Positions 47,925 to 57,458 of a stretch of DNA of 64,000 nucleotides are shown here, piece after piece. Below the pieces are notes generated by a model that had not been told where the DNA came from, did not search any database, and saw only the letters and a program-made list of their open reading frames with translations. Location: positions 124,001 through 188,000 of the IMG/VR virus record IMGVR_UViG_3300026521_000471. One strand, 5' to 3'. How positions within the stretch are numbered: the stretch's first letter is position 1; the number at the start of each line of letters is the position of its first letter. The position numbers and the translations under genes were made by a program.

Positions 47925-48289
47925 TGTTCAGTATCCTCCATTAATCTTTCTATCGGTTCCCATTTAGCATTTGTACTGATTTTTTTATATTTTTTCTTGA
48001 GAGATTGTAATATACTATAATTTTCTAAATACTCATCCCATTCCGTATCACTTACTGCACATGGATTATGTTCAGAACGACGCACTATATCTTTCAATAT
48101 CATCATTTGAGTAATCTCTATTCGTTCAGTATTTTCCGATATACTATCTAATATACCCTCATAACTAATATACCCACCAATACCGACTGTAATAACAAAA
48201 GATAAAAATCCGTATAAGGCAACGACTGTATTCGTCATTTTATTAAATTTATCAAAAAATGAATTATTATTTTCTTTATTTTTAGACAT
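47909..48289 (-). CDS. late single-TM membrane protein (possible lysis accessory)
   Basis: One TM helix plus coiled segment; TATAAATA at 48311 on the minus strand. Confidence 0.5.
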   Translation of the reverse strand: MSKNKENNNSFFDKFNKMTNTVVALYGFLSFVITVGIGGYISYEGILDSISENTERIEITQMMILKDIVRRSEHNPCAVSDTEWDEYLENYSILQSLKKKYKKISTNAKWEPIERLMEDTEQCKRY

Positions 48290-48429
48290 TTTATTACCTC
48301 TATTTTTCTTTATTTATATTTAAGTATTTTTTTTGTATAATATAATATAAATAAAAACACACTTTGTGTATTATTAAAACTGTTATTGGATCTAACACAA
48401 GTTAGAATGAATAACTAAGGAGAACTAAT

Positions 48430-49068
48430 ATGAAAAAAATACTTATAGTAGTAGACTACCAATTTGACTTTGCTAGCCCAACAGGGGCTCTATCAGTACC
48501 CAATGCTGATAAAATAGTTGATAACATCCAATCTTATATCAATGATAAATCGTATGAAAATATAATTTATACTTTTGATACTCATACATCTGATAAATAT
48601 AATGGTTCTGATGAATCTAAAATTTTTCCTTCAATTCATTGTGAATTTGGAACAATCGGTTGGAATTTTTATAAAATTAAACCCAGATATAAAAATTGGG
48701 ATAATTTTATTGCAAATCGTGGAATCGATGAAGGTACAGTACCTTTTAACACCTTTATAGTTGAATCGGAAATGTTTTTTACAAAAGATGTTTTTGATAT
48801 TTGGCAAGGAAATTCAATCTTTAAATCTATTTTTACAAATACCTTTAAACCAAAGGACACAATTATAGACATTGTAGGTGTAGCTACAAATTACTGCGTA
48901 TTTATGAATGTTATGGGTCTAGTAAAAAATGGTTATACAGTTAATGTTCTTTCAGATGCTGTTGAAGGGATTAAATCATTTCCAGATGGATCAATAGATG
49001 ATAGTTTTCAAACAAATATCAATGTTATGAAAAATAAAGGTGTAACTTTTTCTGGAGACATAAAATGA
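48430..49068 (+). CDS. pncA: nicotinamidase
   Basis: VVDYQFDF, GALSV, DTH, HC, K, VGVATNYCV. Confidence 0.85.
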   Translation: MKKILIVVDYQFDFASPTGALSVPNADKIVDNIQSYINDKSYENIIYTFDTHTSDKYNGSDESKIFPSIHCEFGTIGWNFYKIKPRYKNWDNFIANRGIDEGTVPFNTFIVESEMFFTKDVFDIWQGNSIFKSIFTNTFKPKDTIIDIVGVATNYCVFMNVMGLVKNGYTVNVLSDAVEGIKSFPDGSIDDSFQTNINVMKNKGVTFSGDIK

Positions 49069-49961
49069 TTATGAAAGTAATAGAAAGTTCAGAAGAGAAT
49101 GTTTGGAAATATATTTTTAATGATAATGAAATAGTTTTGGAAAGTGTATTATATAAATACGGTTCATTCGATAAAAGAACTGTTATTTGTTGTTCTGTAC
49201 AAAGTGGTTGTCCGGTTGGATGTACATTTTGTGGAACAGGTGCAAATTTCTTAAAAAATATTTCATCAGATCAAATAGTTGAGCAAATAACAACTATTTT
49301 TAAAGATAAAAATATCGAGGATATAAACAGTAGATGTGAAAAGCTTCAAATAATGTTTATGAGTATGGGTGAACCATTTCTTAATTACAAAAATGTTAAA
49401 GAAGCAATAATTAAATTGAATAAATTATACCCTAATGCCGACTTATTAATATCTACTGTTGGTATTAATGATGATAAAATTTTTAAAGATTTTATTTCAT
49501 TATCTAAAATGATTAAAAAAGTTGGTTTACAATTTAGTATTCATAAATCAAATGATACAGATAGAGATAAATTAATACCCTTTAAAAAGAAATATACACT
49601 TAGGGAAATCAGAGATAGAGGTACTATTTGGCATAAAGAAACAGGGAGACAAGTATATCTCAACTACTGTGTTGATGGTACAAATAATAGTCAAAATGAT
49701 ATTGAGAATCTTAAGAATCTCTTTTCTCCAATTATTTTTAATATGACATTTAGTGTTATTTGTGAAGCAGATGAAACAATGAAAGATAGTTCATGTAGAA
49801 ATTTGAATACGATTAGAGATTTTGAAAAATCTTTTATTGAAGAAGGGTATAATACCAGAATATTTGATCCTGCTGGACAGGACGATATTGGTGGAGGATG
49901 TGGCCAATTATGGTTCGTTCAAGATTATCTTAAAAATAAAAAAATGAAAGCAGAGGTATAA
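49065..49961 (+). CDS. RlmN/Cfr-like radical SAM RNA methyltransferase
   Basis: SVQSGCPVGCTFC, FMSMGEP, ISTVG, FSIH, DIGGGCGQL. Confidence 0.8.
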   Translation: MIMKVIESSEENVWKYIFNDNEIVLESVLYKYGSFDKRTVICCSVQSGCPVGCTFCGTGANFLKNISSDQIVEQITTIFKDKNIEDINSRCEKLQIMFMSMGEPFLNYKNVKEAIIKLNKLYPNADLLISTVGINDDKIFKDFISLSKMIKKVGLQFSIHKSNDTDRDKLIPFKKKYTLREIRDRGTIWHKETGRQVYLNYCVDGTNNSQNDIENLKNLFSPIIFNMTFSVICEADETMKDSSCRNLNTIRDFEKSFIEEGYNTRIFDPAGQDDIGGGCGQLWFVQDYLKNKKMKAEV

Positions 49962-49965
49962 AATT

Positions 49966-50919
49966 ATGGAAAAAATAGAAACACTAACCGATATGGTAGA
50001 AGTAATCAGAGAAATAAAAACACCGACAAGTCAAAAAGCTAATATGGTTGTAGGAAATATTAGAGCACAAATTAAAAATTACGTACAACGTAATAATCTT
50101 AAATCACTTGTAGTAGGTGTGAGTGGGGGTCTTGATTCAGCTGTTGTAGCGGCTCTTTGTCAAGAAGAATTTACAGGAGTACCTCTAATTGGTCTTTCTA
50201 TTCCTATGAGTTCAACTAACGCTCACAAAGAACAGGCAGAATGGGTAGGTAATACCTTTTGTACGGCTTTTGAAGAATTCAACTATTGGGATGAAACTTT
50301 TCAGTACAATGAAGAAGAAGGTACTGATATGATGAGTGAAGTATTTAATACCGTTTCAGCAACAGATAAAGTTGCTGAAAAAGCAGGATTTAAAACGGAA
50401 GATTTTCCAAAAAATGTTCTTCAAGGTAATATTAAAGCGAGGCTTAGAATGATAACTCTTTATGACCTTGCAAGAAAAACAAACGGTATGGTTCTTTCAA
50501 CAGATAACCTTTCTGAATTTCAAATGGGATTTTGGACTATTTGTGGTGATGTAGGTGATTTTGGACCTATCCAAAATGTTGGTAAGGGGTTTGAGCTTCC
50601 AGCCATAGCAAGAGCTCTTGGAATAAGAGCAGATATTATCACTCAATCGCCTAGTGATGGACTAATGGTAACTGAAGAAAATACAGATGAGGCTCAACTT
50701 GGAGCTAATTATGAGGAAGTTGATACTATTATGAGTATTTATCTTGGCAATATCAATAAACCAAAAGAAATTATAGATAAACTTAAAAGTAACCTATTTA
50801 ATATTATTAATGATAAAAAGAGTGCTAAGAAAATTTCAAATGTAATTACACGTTATGAAAATTCACACTTTAAACGTAATGGTACAATCAACCTTACAAG
50901 AGAACAGATCGGAATCTAA
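49966..50919 (+). CDS. nadE: NH3-dependent NAD synthetase
   Basis: GVSGGLDS, GNIKARLRM, STDNLSE, GD, PSDGL, TDEAQLG, HFKR. Confidence 0.9.
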   Translation: MEKIETLTDMVEVIREIKTPTSQKANMVVGNIRAQIKNYVQRNNLKSLVVGVSGGLDSAVVAALCQEEFTGVPLIGLSIPMSSTNAHKEQAEWVGNTFCTAFEEFNYWDETFQYNEEEGTDMMSEVFNTVSATDKVAEKAGFKTEDFPKNVLQGNIKARLRMITLYDLARKTNGMVLSTDNLSEFQMGFWTICGDVGDFGPIQNVGKGFELPAIARALGIRADIITQSPSDGLMVTEENTDEAQLGANYEEVDTIMSIYLGNINKPKEIIDKLKSNLFNIINDKKSAKKISNVITRYENSHFKRNGTINLTREQIGI

Positions 50920-50944
50920 ATTCCGATCAAAAAAAAGGATATTT

Positions 50945-51289
50945 ATGGTTTACCGTTCTAAAGCTGATTTAGAGGAAATTAGAAAGTCACAAAATAATAT
51001 TAAATTATATGCTGTATATTCACATCTTGCATTACCCGTATTTAAAATCAAATCATTAAGTAAAAAATATGTATATTGGGAAGATAATTCAAAACATCCA
51101 TATCCTAGTAATTCAGCAGGTTATATATTAACAGACAATTTATATGAAGGTTGGAAAATATATAAAGATACTTATAATAAACGGAAAAAATTTATTGAAG
51201 ACCAATATAAATCAGAAATACAAAAATTAACAATGGCAGAATCTATACTAGATTCTCTTTCAAAATCAAATCCAGAACTTTTTATCTGA
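50945..51289 (+). CDS. hypothetical protein (C-terminal NPELFI)
   Basis: AAGGA RBS before ATG at 50945; the track start at 50855 overlaps nadE. Confidence 0.6.
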   Translation: MVYRSKADLEEIRKSQNNIKLYAVYSHLALPVFKIKSLSKKYVYWEDNSKHPYPSNSAGYILTDNLYEGWKIYKDTYNKRKKFIEDQYKSEIQKLTMAESILDSLSKSNPELFI

Positions 51290-51318
51290 TTTTAAGTATA
51301 ATTCCATTATAATCCACT

Positions 51319-51639
51319 ATGTTAAATAATTTAAAATTAAAGTTCATTTATACATTTATCAATTTTAAAATACAAAGGGTAGGACATATGTTAAATCTCA
51401 AAATAGATCCAGATAATAAATCCATAAAATTATCTATTTTATTACTTGGTGAAGATGAACCATTAGATATAGATATTAAATCTTATGAACTAATAGAAGA
51501 AAATAATAAATCTTATATAAAAATAAATGATGTAGAAACTAGTAAAACATGGATGAATATCCTAATATTAGAATTTGTTGAAAATAATAAGATAGAAATT
51601 TCAAATAAAATTTCAAAACTATTGAAAATAATTATATAA
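51319..51639 (+). CDS. hypothetical protein
   Basis: ATG directly after a WTAAG-N11-TATAAT promoter (possibly leaderless); alternative start at 51388. Confidence 0.55.
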   Translation: MLNNLKLKFIYTFINFKIQRVGHMLNLKIDPDNKSIKLSILLLGEDEPLDIDIKSYELIEENNKSYIKINDVETSKTWMNILILEFVENNKIEISNKISKLLKIII

Positions 51640-51652
51640 AAAAGGACATAGC

Positions 51653-51856
51653 ATGACACATAATGAATTAACAAAATTAAATAATTTAGTAGAAAACCTA
51701 AATACAAAATTTAATGAAAATAAAACATTAGAGGGTTTTATACGTTTTACGAAAAAAATTAATATGGTTGAGACAGTTTCATTTAAACAAGTTAAGTATG
51801 AGATTGATTTAATGTATGAACGTCTTTTAGAAGAACAAGAAGAAAATACATGGTAA
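51653..51856 (+). CDS. small hypothetical protein
   Basis: AAGGA RBS. Confidence 0.55.
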   Translation: MTHNELTKLNNLVENLNTKFNENKTLEGFIRFTKKINMVETVSFKQVKYEIDLMYERLLEEQEENTW

Positions 51857-51865
51857 AGGATAACT

Positions 51866-53005
51866 ATGAAAAAAAGTATGAGAGAAGAATCTTTAGGAAC
51901 TAGACTTAAAGGTTATGAAAGAGAGTTTGAATCAGTAATCGATCCAAAGGATTTTATTATTTGTAGAATTGATGGACATAAATTTAGCAAATATACAAAA
52001 GGTATGAAAAAACCATTTGATAAAATGTTGTCAAATACAATGGAGGAAACTACTAAAGACCTTGTTGAAAAATTTGGAGCCGTAACGGGCTATACGCAAT
52101 CTGATGAAATTTCATTGGTTTTTGTCCCTCAATTCAAAGAAAGATTAATACCTATTGAAACCAAAGAATTATTTGTTCTTAATGATGAAGAAGCAACCTA
52201 TAAAGTTTATGACAAAGAATACAACTTGCTAGGTTCATTAGATATTAGTTATGAAGATATGGATGATGAATATTTCAGTATTAACTTTTGGGTAGTTTCT
52301 GATACTAATGATGAAATTATCGATCAATGTTCTTGGCAAAATAGAAACTCTAAAACTGAGGCTAAAGCATTAGAAACGCTTTTAAAGTATATCATTAAGA
52401 AAGTTGAAATAACAAATGAGCAAATTTTTGGAGGAAGAGTTCAGAAATTAACTTCTTTGATTGCGGCATATACTACTATGCAGTTTAATAAACACTTTTC
52501 TAAATTTTTAGAAAAAACATACGAAGATTATGAAGAAAAATTAGAAAAGGGCGAAATCGATACGAATAGTTTAGAGGCCATGAAATACCTTAAAACAATG
52601 GATGAAAAAGTAGGTAATGCTTGGTTTGATGCTAGAGTTTATGGCGTATCATCTAAAGAAGAAGCATTTAACAGTATTATGTGGCGAATTCGTGATGCCG
52701 AGAAGAACTCTAGATCAATGTTTGCACAGACATACTGCTCTCATAAATCGCTATTAGGAAAAAATGGTCTTGAACAGGTTGAATACTGTAAAGAAACTAC
52801 TGGTAAAGATTGGGAAGAAGTTGAAGATAAATACAAATATGGCATTTTAGTTAAAAAAGAAAAATATCTTAAACCTATTTCTGAAGGGACTATGGATTAT
52901 GCTCAAAATGATTTTGTAGAAAGATCCAGAATTATTAGTTGGGCTGAAAAAATTACTACTTTCTCTGGTGAAAAAGTTGAAATGGTTGTTAGGAAATATA
53001 AATGA
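51866..53005 (+). CDS. Thg1-like 3'-5' nucleotidyltransferase with internal insertion
   Basis: CRIDGHKFSKYT, KPFD, GYTQSDEISL, FGGRVQKL, FDAR, WRIRDAEKNS. Confidence 0.88.
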   Translation: MKKSMREESLGTRLKGYEREFESVIDPKDFIICRIDGHKFSKYTKGMKKPFDKMLSNTMEETTKDLVEKFGAVTGYTQSDEISLVFVPQFKERLIPIETKELFVLNDEEATYKVYDKEYNLLGSLDISYEDMDDEYFSINFWVVSDTNDEIIDQCSWQNRNSKTEAKALETLLKYIIKKVEITNEQIFGGRVQKLTSLIAAYTTMQFNKHFSKFLEKTYEDYEEKLEKGEIDTNSLEAMKYLKTMDEKVGNAWFDARVYGVSSKEEAFNSIMWRIRDAEKNSRSMFAQTYCSHKSLLGKNGLEQVEYCKETTGKDWEEVEDKYKYGILVKKEKYLKPISEGTMDYAQNDFVERSRIISWAEKITTFSGEKVEMVVRKYK

Positions 53006-53268
53006 TTTCTAATCCTCCAGAAGATTTAGTAGAGGTTGTGAAACTTCTACTAACAGATAATCTTAAAGATTTTAAACCTTTAGATGATTTTATTAAAACA
53101 GATGAAAATGATTTGATAAAATATCATTTTAGTTTGGGTATGGAGTTAAGAAATCATTATAGTTTATGGACGAAAAGATTCGAAGATAAAAATGGCTTTG
53201 AAATTCATCCAGATGACGTATCATTTGAATTTATAAAATATGCTCATACACAATTAAAAATTAATTAG
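53002..53268 (+). CDS. small protein, DUF6794-like
   Basis: HFSLGMELRNHYSLW..HPDDVS. Confidence 0.5.
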   Translation: MISNPPEDLVEVVKLLLTDNLKDFKPLDDFIKTDENDLIKYHFSLGMELRNHYSLWTKRFEDKNGFEIHPDDVSFEFIKYAHTQLKIN

Positions 53269-53276
53269 GAAAATTT

Positions 53277-53705
53277 ATGAAACCTACGTCTATTGGAATT
53301 ATTCCCTATCGGTTTTCTGAAAACGGGGTATCTATTCTTTTAATGCGGTCTTCTAAGAAAAATGATAGATTCGATTTTGTTAAAGGTAAGATAGAACCTT
53401 ATGAAACTAGAGTAGACTGTTGTTTACGAGAAGTTCAGGAAGAAATAGGTGTTTCACTTTCCAAAGAAGATTTAGACTTTTCTGTTAAGCAATACAATAA
53501 GAAGAAAAATATTGAATTATTCTTTATTCATTGGGATAAATATTTGTATAAGCAATTTAAATTAGATGAACGAGAAGTTTTTGAACTAAAATGGTTTAAT
53601 TTGAATGAAATACCTACAATTTCTCAGAACCAACGTTTGATTATTACGAAAATAAATGAAAGATTTAACAAATTACATCAACTACTAAGGAGTAACTATG
53701 TTTGA
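53277..53705 (+). CDS. NUDIX hydrolase
   Basis: KGKIEPYETRVDCCLREVQEEIG. Confidence 0.85.
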   Translation: MKPTSIGIIPYRFSENGVSILLMRSSKKNDRFDFVKGKIEPYETRVDCCLREVQEEIGVSLSKEDLDFSVKQYNKKKNIELFFIHWDKYLYKQFKLDEREVFELKWFNLNEIPTISQNQRLIITKINERFNKLHQLLRSNYV

Positions 53706-53843
53706 TGAATTAAAAATTACTTGTCTTAAAACTGGCGAATTTAAAATACTTAATATATGGGAAAGTAGACTATCTATTCATGACCTCAATATTATAACAT
53801 TGTTTTACAAAAATCATAAAGATTTTACTATTGAAGTTGTTGA

Positions 53844-54365
53844 ATGAACGCCTTGTTCTTAGATATTGATGGAGTTTTAAATAATTACCATCTTAAAGAA
53901 CCATTTACTTTTCCAAACGGTTATACACAGCAACCAGTTAAAGGCACTCAAAATAAATGGAATGGTTTAATGGGTATGGATTATGATAAAGTTAATTTAT
54001 TAAATGAAATACTTGAAAGTAACGAGTGGAAAGTAATAATATCAAGCTCTTGGTATTATTCGGATAGTACTGTTAATGCGTTAAAACATTTTGGTTTTAA
54101 ATATTCAGATAGAATTATTGGTGGTACAAATAGAAAATCATATGGTAGAGGAAAACAAATCCTAGATGCTGTTGAAGATTTTAAAGTAACAGATTTTATT
54201 ATTTTAGATGATGAACTATTTGATATTACTGGAAACTCTGAATTTGTTAGTAATAATATGCGAGAAATATTTAGAGATAGAGTGTTTAAAACAAATCCAT
54301 ACATAGGTTTAACTGAAAAGACAGTCTCTAATATTTTAAAAAGATTAGACTATTTTATAATTTAA
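53844..54365 (+). CDS. HAD phosphatase of the RNA-repair (Swiss-army-knife) type
   Basis: LFLDIDGVLN, VIISSSW, RGKQI, FIILDD, GLT. Confidence 0.75.
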   Translation: MNALFLDIDGVLNNYHLKEPFTFPNGYTQQPVKGTQNKWNGLMGMDYDKVNLLNEILESNEWKVIISSSWYYSDSTVNALKHFGFKYSDRIIGGTNRKSYGRGKQILDAVEDFKVTDFIILDDELFDITGNSEFVSNNMREIFRDRVFKTNPYIGLTEKTVSNILKRLDYFII

Positions 54366-54403
54366 GGTATAAATATATTAAAAATAGAATATGGAGAATA
54401 TTT

Positions 54404-54658
54404 ATGAAATTTTCAACAGTAAAAGAAATGGAAGAGACATTGAAAAAAATTAAATCAAAAAAAGAATTATCTCAAGATATATCATTTAGAAGTCAAGGTG
54501 AAGAAATTTTTCTTGAATTTATAGGTGAAGGAACAAGACAAAATCTTAAAGATATGATATGGATAGGTAGAGAAACAGCAGATAATCTAAGGATTTCATT
54601 TGATGATAATGGCGATGATTCAATTAATATCCTAGAATATTCTTTAAATAGAGGATAA
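54404..54658 (+). CDS. small late hypothetical protein
   Basis: TATAAATA at 54368 and GGAG RBS. Confidence 0.6.
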   Translation: MKFSTVKEMEETLKKIKSKKELSQDISFRSQGEEIFLEFIGEGTRQNLKDMIWIGRETADNLRISFDDNGDDSINILEYSLNRG

Positions 54659-54662
54659 TAAA

Positions 54663-55814
54663 ATGCGAGTTGATAATATCTTAATAAAAACAGAGTATGG
54701 AGATATAGAAATCTCAGGAAGAGTAGATAGCGGTGAATTTATTCCAGATGATTTAGATATTTCAACGGAATTAGGTGAATTTTTAGGAAAATGGATTGAA
54801 GCTGGAAATTTATTTTTTTCAGATAATGAAATTGATATGGTCGGTCAAGATATTGATGATGATTTAATCGATGAATTAAAAAATTTCGTTACATTGAGTG
54901 ATTTTTCAGATCCTATGAGAGCATTAGCTTTACATCAACATACAGGATACGATTTTACAAATATTGATGAAGATAGAAACCCATACACATTTACATCTGG
55001 AAGAGAAGAATATATGGTTTTGACCGATGATGAAGCTGATGAAATGGCTAAAGAACGGGTTGAAAATTTATTAGATGATGTAGGATTTGATGGATTTAGT
55101 GATTGGGCTAAAGATCATGCATTAGATAATTTTATTGATACTGATTGGTTTGACGATGCAAAAATTGAAATGAGTATGAGCTATGCTGAAGATATTAAAC
55201 ACGAGGGTGCAAATTCGGATGAATACATTAATAGACTACATGAAGAAATGGTAGAATTAGGTGTTCTTTTTGAACCGGAATGGCCTGAAGAACCAGATGA
55301 ATCAGATTATACCTATGAAAGAGAGGAATTTGATAGTTCAGATTTTTATGATAATGAACCAGTAGAAGATGATTATGAAACTGAAGAAGAATGGGAAGAA
55401 GCACATAGTAAATGGGAAGATGATTTATCAAATGCTGAAAAAGAATGGGAAGAAGAACAAGACCGTTTAGAAGAAGAAGCTCAAGAAGAATATGACGATG
55501 CGATTGAAGCTTGGGAACGTGAAAAAGAAGAATATGAATCAGATTTAGAAAATGATATAGATAATAATATTGAAGAGTTTGCTGAAAAACGTGTAGAAGA
55601 TGAAGACGGCATCGAATATTGGAAAAATAATATTGGTGATATTTCCGATGTAGTAAAAGAACAAGGTTTATTAGACGAAGACGCTTTTATAGAATGGATT
55701 GTTGAAACTGATGGTAGAGGTACTAATATTGCAACTTATGATGAGGCGGAGTACGAAGAAACTGTAACCTTAAATGGTGAAACTGAAGATTTTTATATTT
55801 ACAGAACCGAATAA
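54663..55814 (+). CDS. extremely acidic hypothetical protein
   Basis: 383 aa, D/E-rich with periodic W/Y. Confidence 0.7.
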   Translation: MRVDNILIKTEYGDIEISGRVDSGEFIPDDLDISTELGEFLGKWIEAGNLFFSDNEIDMVGQDIDDDLIDELKNFVTLSDFSDPMRALALHQHTGYDFTNIDEDRNPYTFTSGREEYMVLTDDEADEMAKERVENLLDDVGFDGFSDWAKDHALDNFIDTDWFDDAKIEMSMSYAEDIKHEGANSDEYINRLHEEMVELGVLFEPEWPEEPDESDYTYEREEFDSSDFYDNEPVEDDYETEEEWEEAHSKWEDDLSNAEKEWEEEQDRLEEEAQEEYDDAIEAWEREKEEYESDLENDIDNNIEEFAEKRVEDEDGIEYWKNNIGDISDVVKEQGLLDEDAFIEWIVETDGRGTNIATYDEAEYEETVTLNGETEDFYIYRTE

Positions 55815-55884
55815 ATTACCACTTTATATTTTTTTAAGACTCTTTTAGATATAATTATTATATATTAAATAAAGGGGTCTTAAA

Positions 55885-57288
55885 ATGGCTTTATTAACTT
55901 ACGATGAAGTATTAGAAATCACAAAAATAAATGAAACTTTTAAAATGAAACACCAAAAAATAGGTAACACAGAAATTGCAATGTGTACTTATTTTTTAGC
56001 AAATGCAGGTGATTTTTTTGATGCAAAATTAGATGGCTCTATGGTTAGAGCCACAGAATTAAGAGGTATAACATTTGTAAAAGCTCCAAATTCAGACTGG
56101 AAAACATATTTGTTTATCGATAAATTTTTTAATATCGGTCAAACAAATGGAACTAATATAACAAATATGGAACTTTCTATCAATGACTCAACTGAAATTT
56201 GTAATATTAATAAACTTTTTATCGATGAAAATGAGAAAACATATCGTGCAATAGATTTAAAGTTAAATATGATTGTTGCTGAATTTGATAGAAATACTGA
56301 AACTCATGGGGATTTTTTTCAAATTTTATCACTAGATAAAAAAGTTTTACCTACATTGAAACCTGAAAATTCTTGGATGTATGAGGATGTAAAAGATTTA
56401 GAAATTGTAAGAATTGCAAATAAAGAAGATGGATCCGCAATAAGATTTCTTTTAATTGAAGGAAAATTAGTGGCTAAAACAAAATTTTCTTTTGAATCAG
56501 AACAATGCAAATTAGCTATGGAAATAGTTGAAAAAGATCCTAAACTTAAAGCATTTATTTTAACAACTTTAGAGTTTGGATATGCAGCAATTTTTGAAAT
56601 AGTTTCACCATTTAATAAAATCGTTTTAACATATCCAGAAACATCTCTTAGATTGTTGCAACTAAGAGATGAAAATAATGATGGGTTATATCTAAATATA
56701 TATGATAATACATTAGTAAAAGCATTTAATATCTTGACTGCCAATCAAGAACCTTTATACACACTTGATGAGTTACTTAAATTAAAAGAAACCGTTGAAG
56801 ATAAAGAAGGTTGGGTAATTACATTTGAAAATGGAAAAATGGCAAAGGTAAAAACTGATTGGTATATGTCACTTCATGGTATTTTAACTGATGGGTTAAA
56901 AGAACATAAAATAATTGAAAAGGTTTTAGACGAAACGATTGATGATACTATAGCAATGATACCAGAAGAAAATATTGAAGAACGAGATTTTATTGATGGT
57001 ATCTCTGAAATTATAATTAATCATGTAAATCATTTAGTGTCAGATGCAGAAGCTAAATTTAAAAATTCATGGAATGGAAATAAAAAAGAGTTAGCACTAA
57101 AATTTAAGGATGATAAACGTGCTTTTCCATATATAATGAGTTTTGCAAATGGAAAAAATATTGAAGAAATTGAAAAACAAGTTATAGATAGAGTTAAATT
57201 TGAATGTAGACGTTTAGAAATGGCTAAACAATACCTTAAAAATTTAGGTTTTGACAAAGAACTCGAAATAAAAATTGAGGATGATTAA
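55885..57288 (+). CDS. T4 Rnl1-like RNA ligase with insertion
   Basis: ELRG, KFFN, motif I KEDGS, FEIVSP.N.IV..Y, EGWV, KVKTDWY..LH. Confidence 0.85.
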   Translation: MALLTYDEVLEITKINETFKMKHQKIGNTEIAMCTYFLANAGDFFDAKLDGSMVRATELRGITFVKAPNSDWKTYLFIDKFFNIGQTNGTNITNMELSINDSTEICNINKLFIDENEKTYRAIDLKLNMIVAEFDRNTETHGDFFQILSLDKKVLPTLKPENSWMYEDVKDLEIVRIANKEDGSAIRFLLIEGKLVAKTKFSFESEQCKLAMEIVEKDPKLKAFILTTLEFGYAAIFEIVSPFNKIVLTYPETSLRLLQLRDENNDGLYLNIYDNTLVKAFNILTANQEPLYTLDELLKLKETVEDKEGWVITFENGKMAKVKTDWYMSLHGILTDGLKEHKIIEKVLDETIDDTIAMIPEENIEERDFIDGISEIIINHVNHLVSDAEAKFKNSWNGNKKELALKFKDDKRAFPYIMSFANGKNIEEIEKQVIDRVKFECRRLEMAKQYLKNLGFDKELEIKIEDD

Positions 57289-57290
57289 TC

Positions 57291-57458
57291 ATGAAATACG
57301 GTTTTAGTTTATTTGAATTAATTATTGTAGTTGTAATATTGGGAATTCTAGCAGCAGTTGCTATTCCTAGATTATCAAATTCTTCATCAAATAATGATAA
57401 AATTTCATACAAAAAAATAATTTTTACTAATGGTGATGGTGGATCCGCCGAGAATTGA
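57291..57458 (+). CDS. mini prepilin-like peptide (55 aa, not in ORF track)
   Basis: MKYG/FSLFELIIVVVILGILAAVAIPRL class III signal (G-1, F+1, E+5); GAGG RBS. Confidence 0.75.
   Translation: MKYGFSLFELIIVVVILGILAAVAIPRLSNSSSNNDKISYKKIIFTNGDGGSAEN

Noticed and set aside
47586-48289. spanin pair
   Set aside because: The late promoter and TM/signal layout are suggestive, but the second protein has no lipobox cysteine, so they are left as unassigned envelope proteins.
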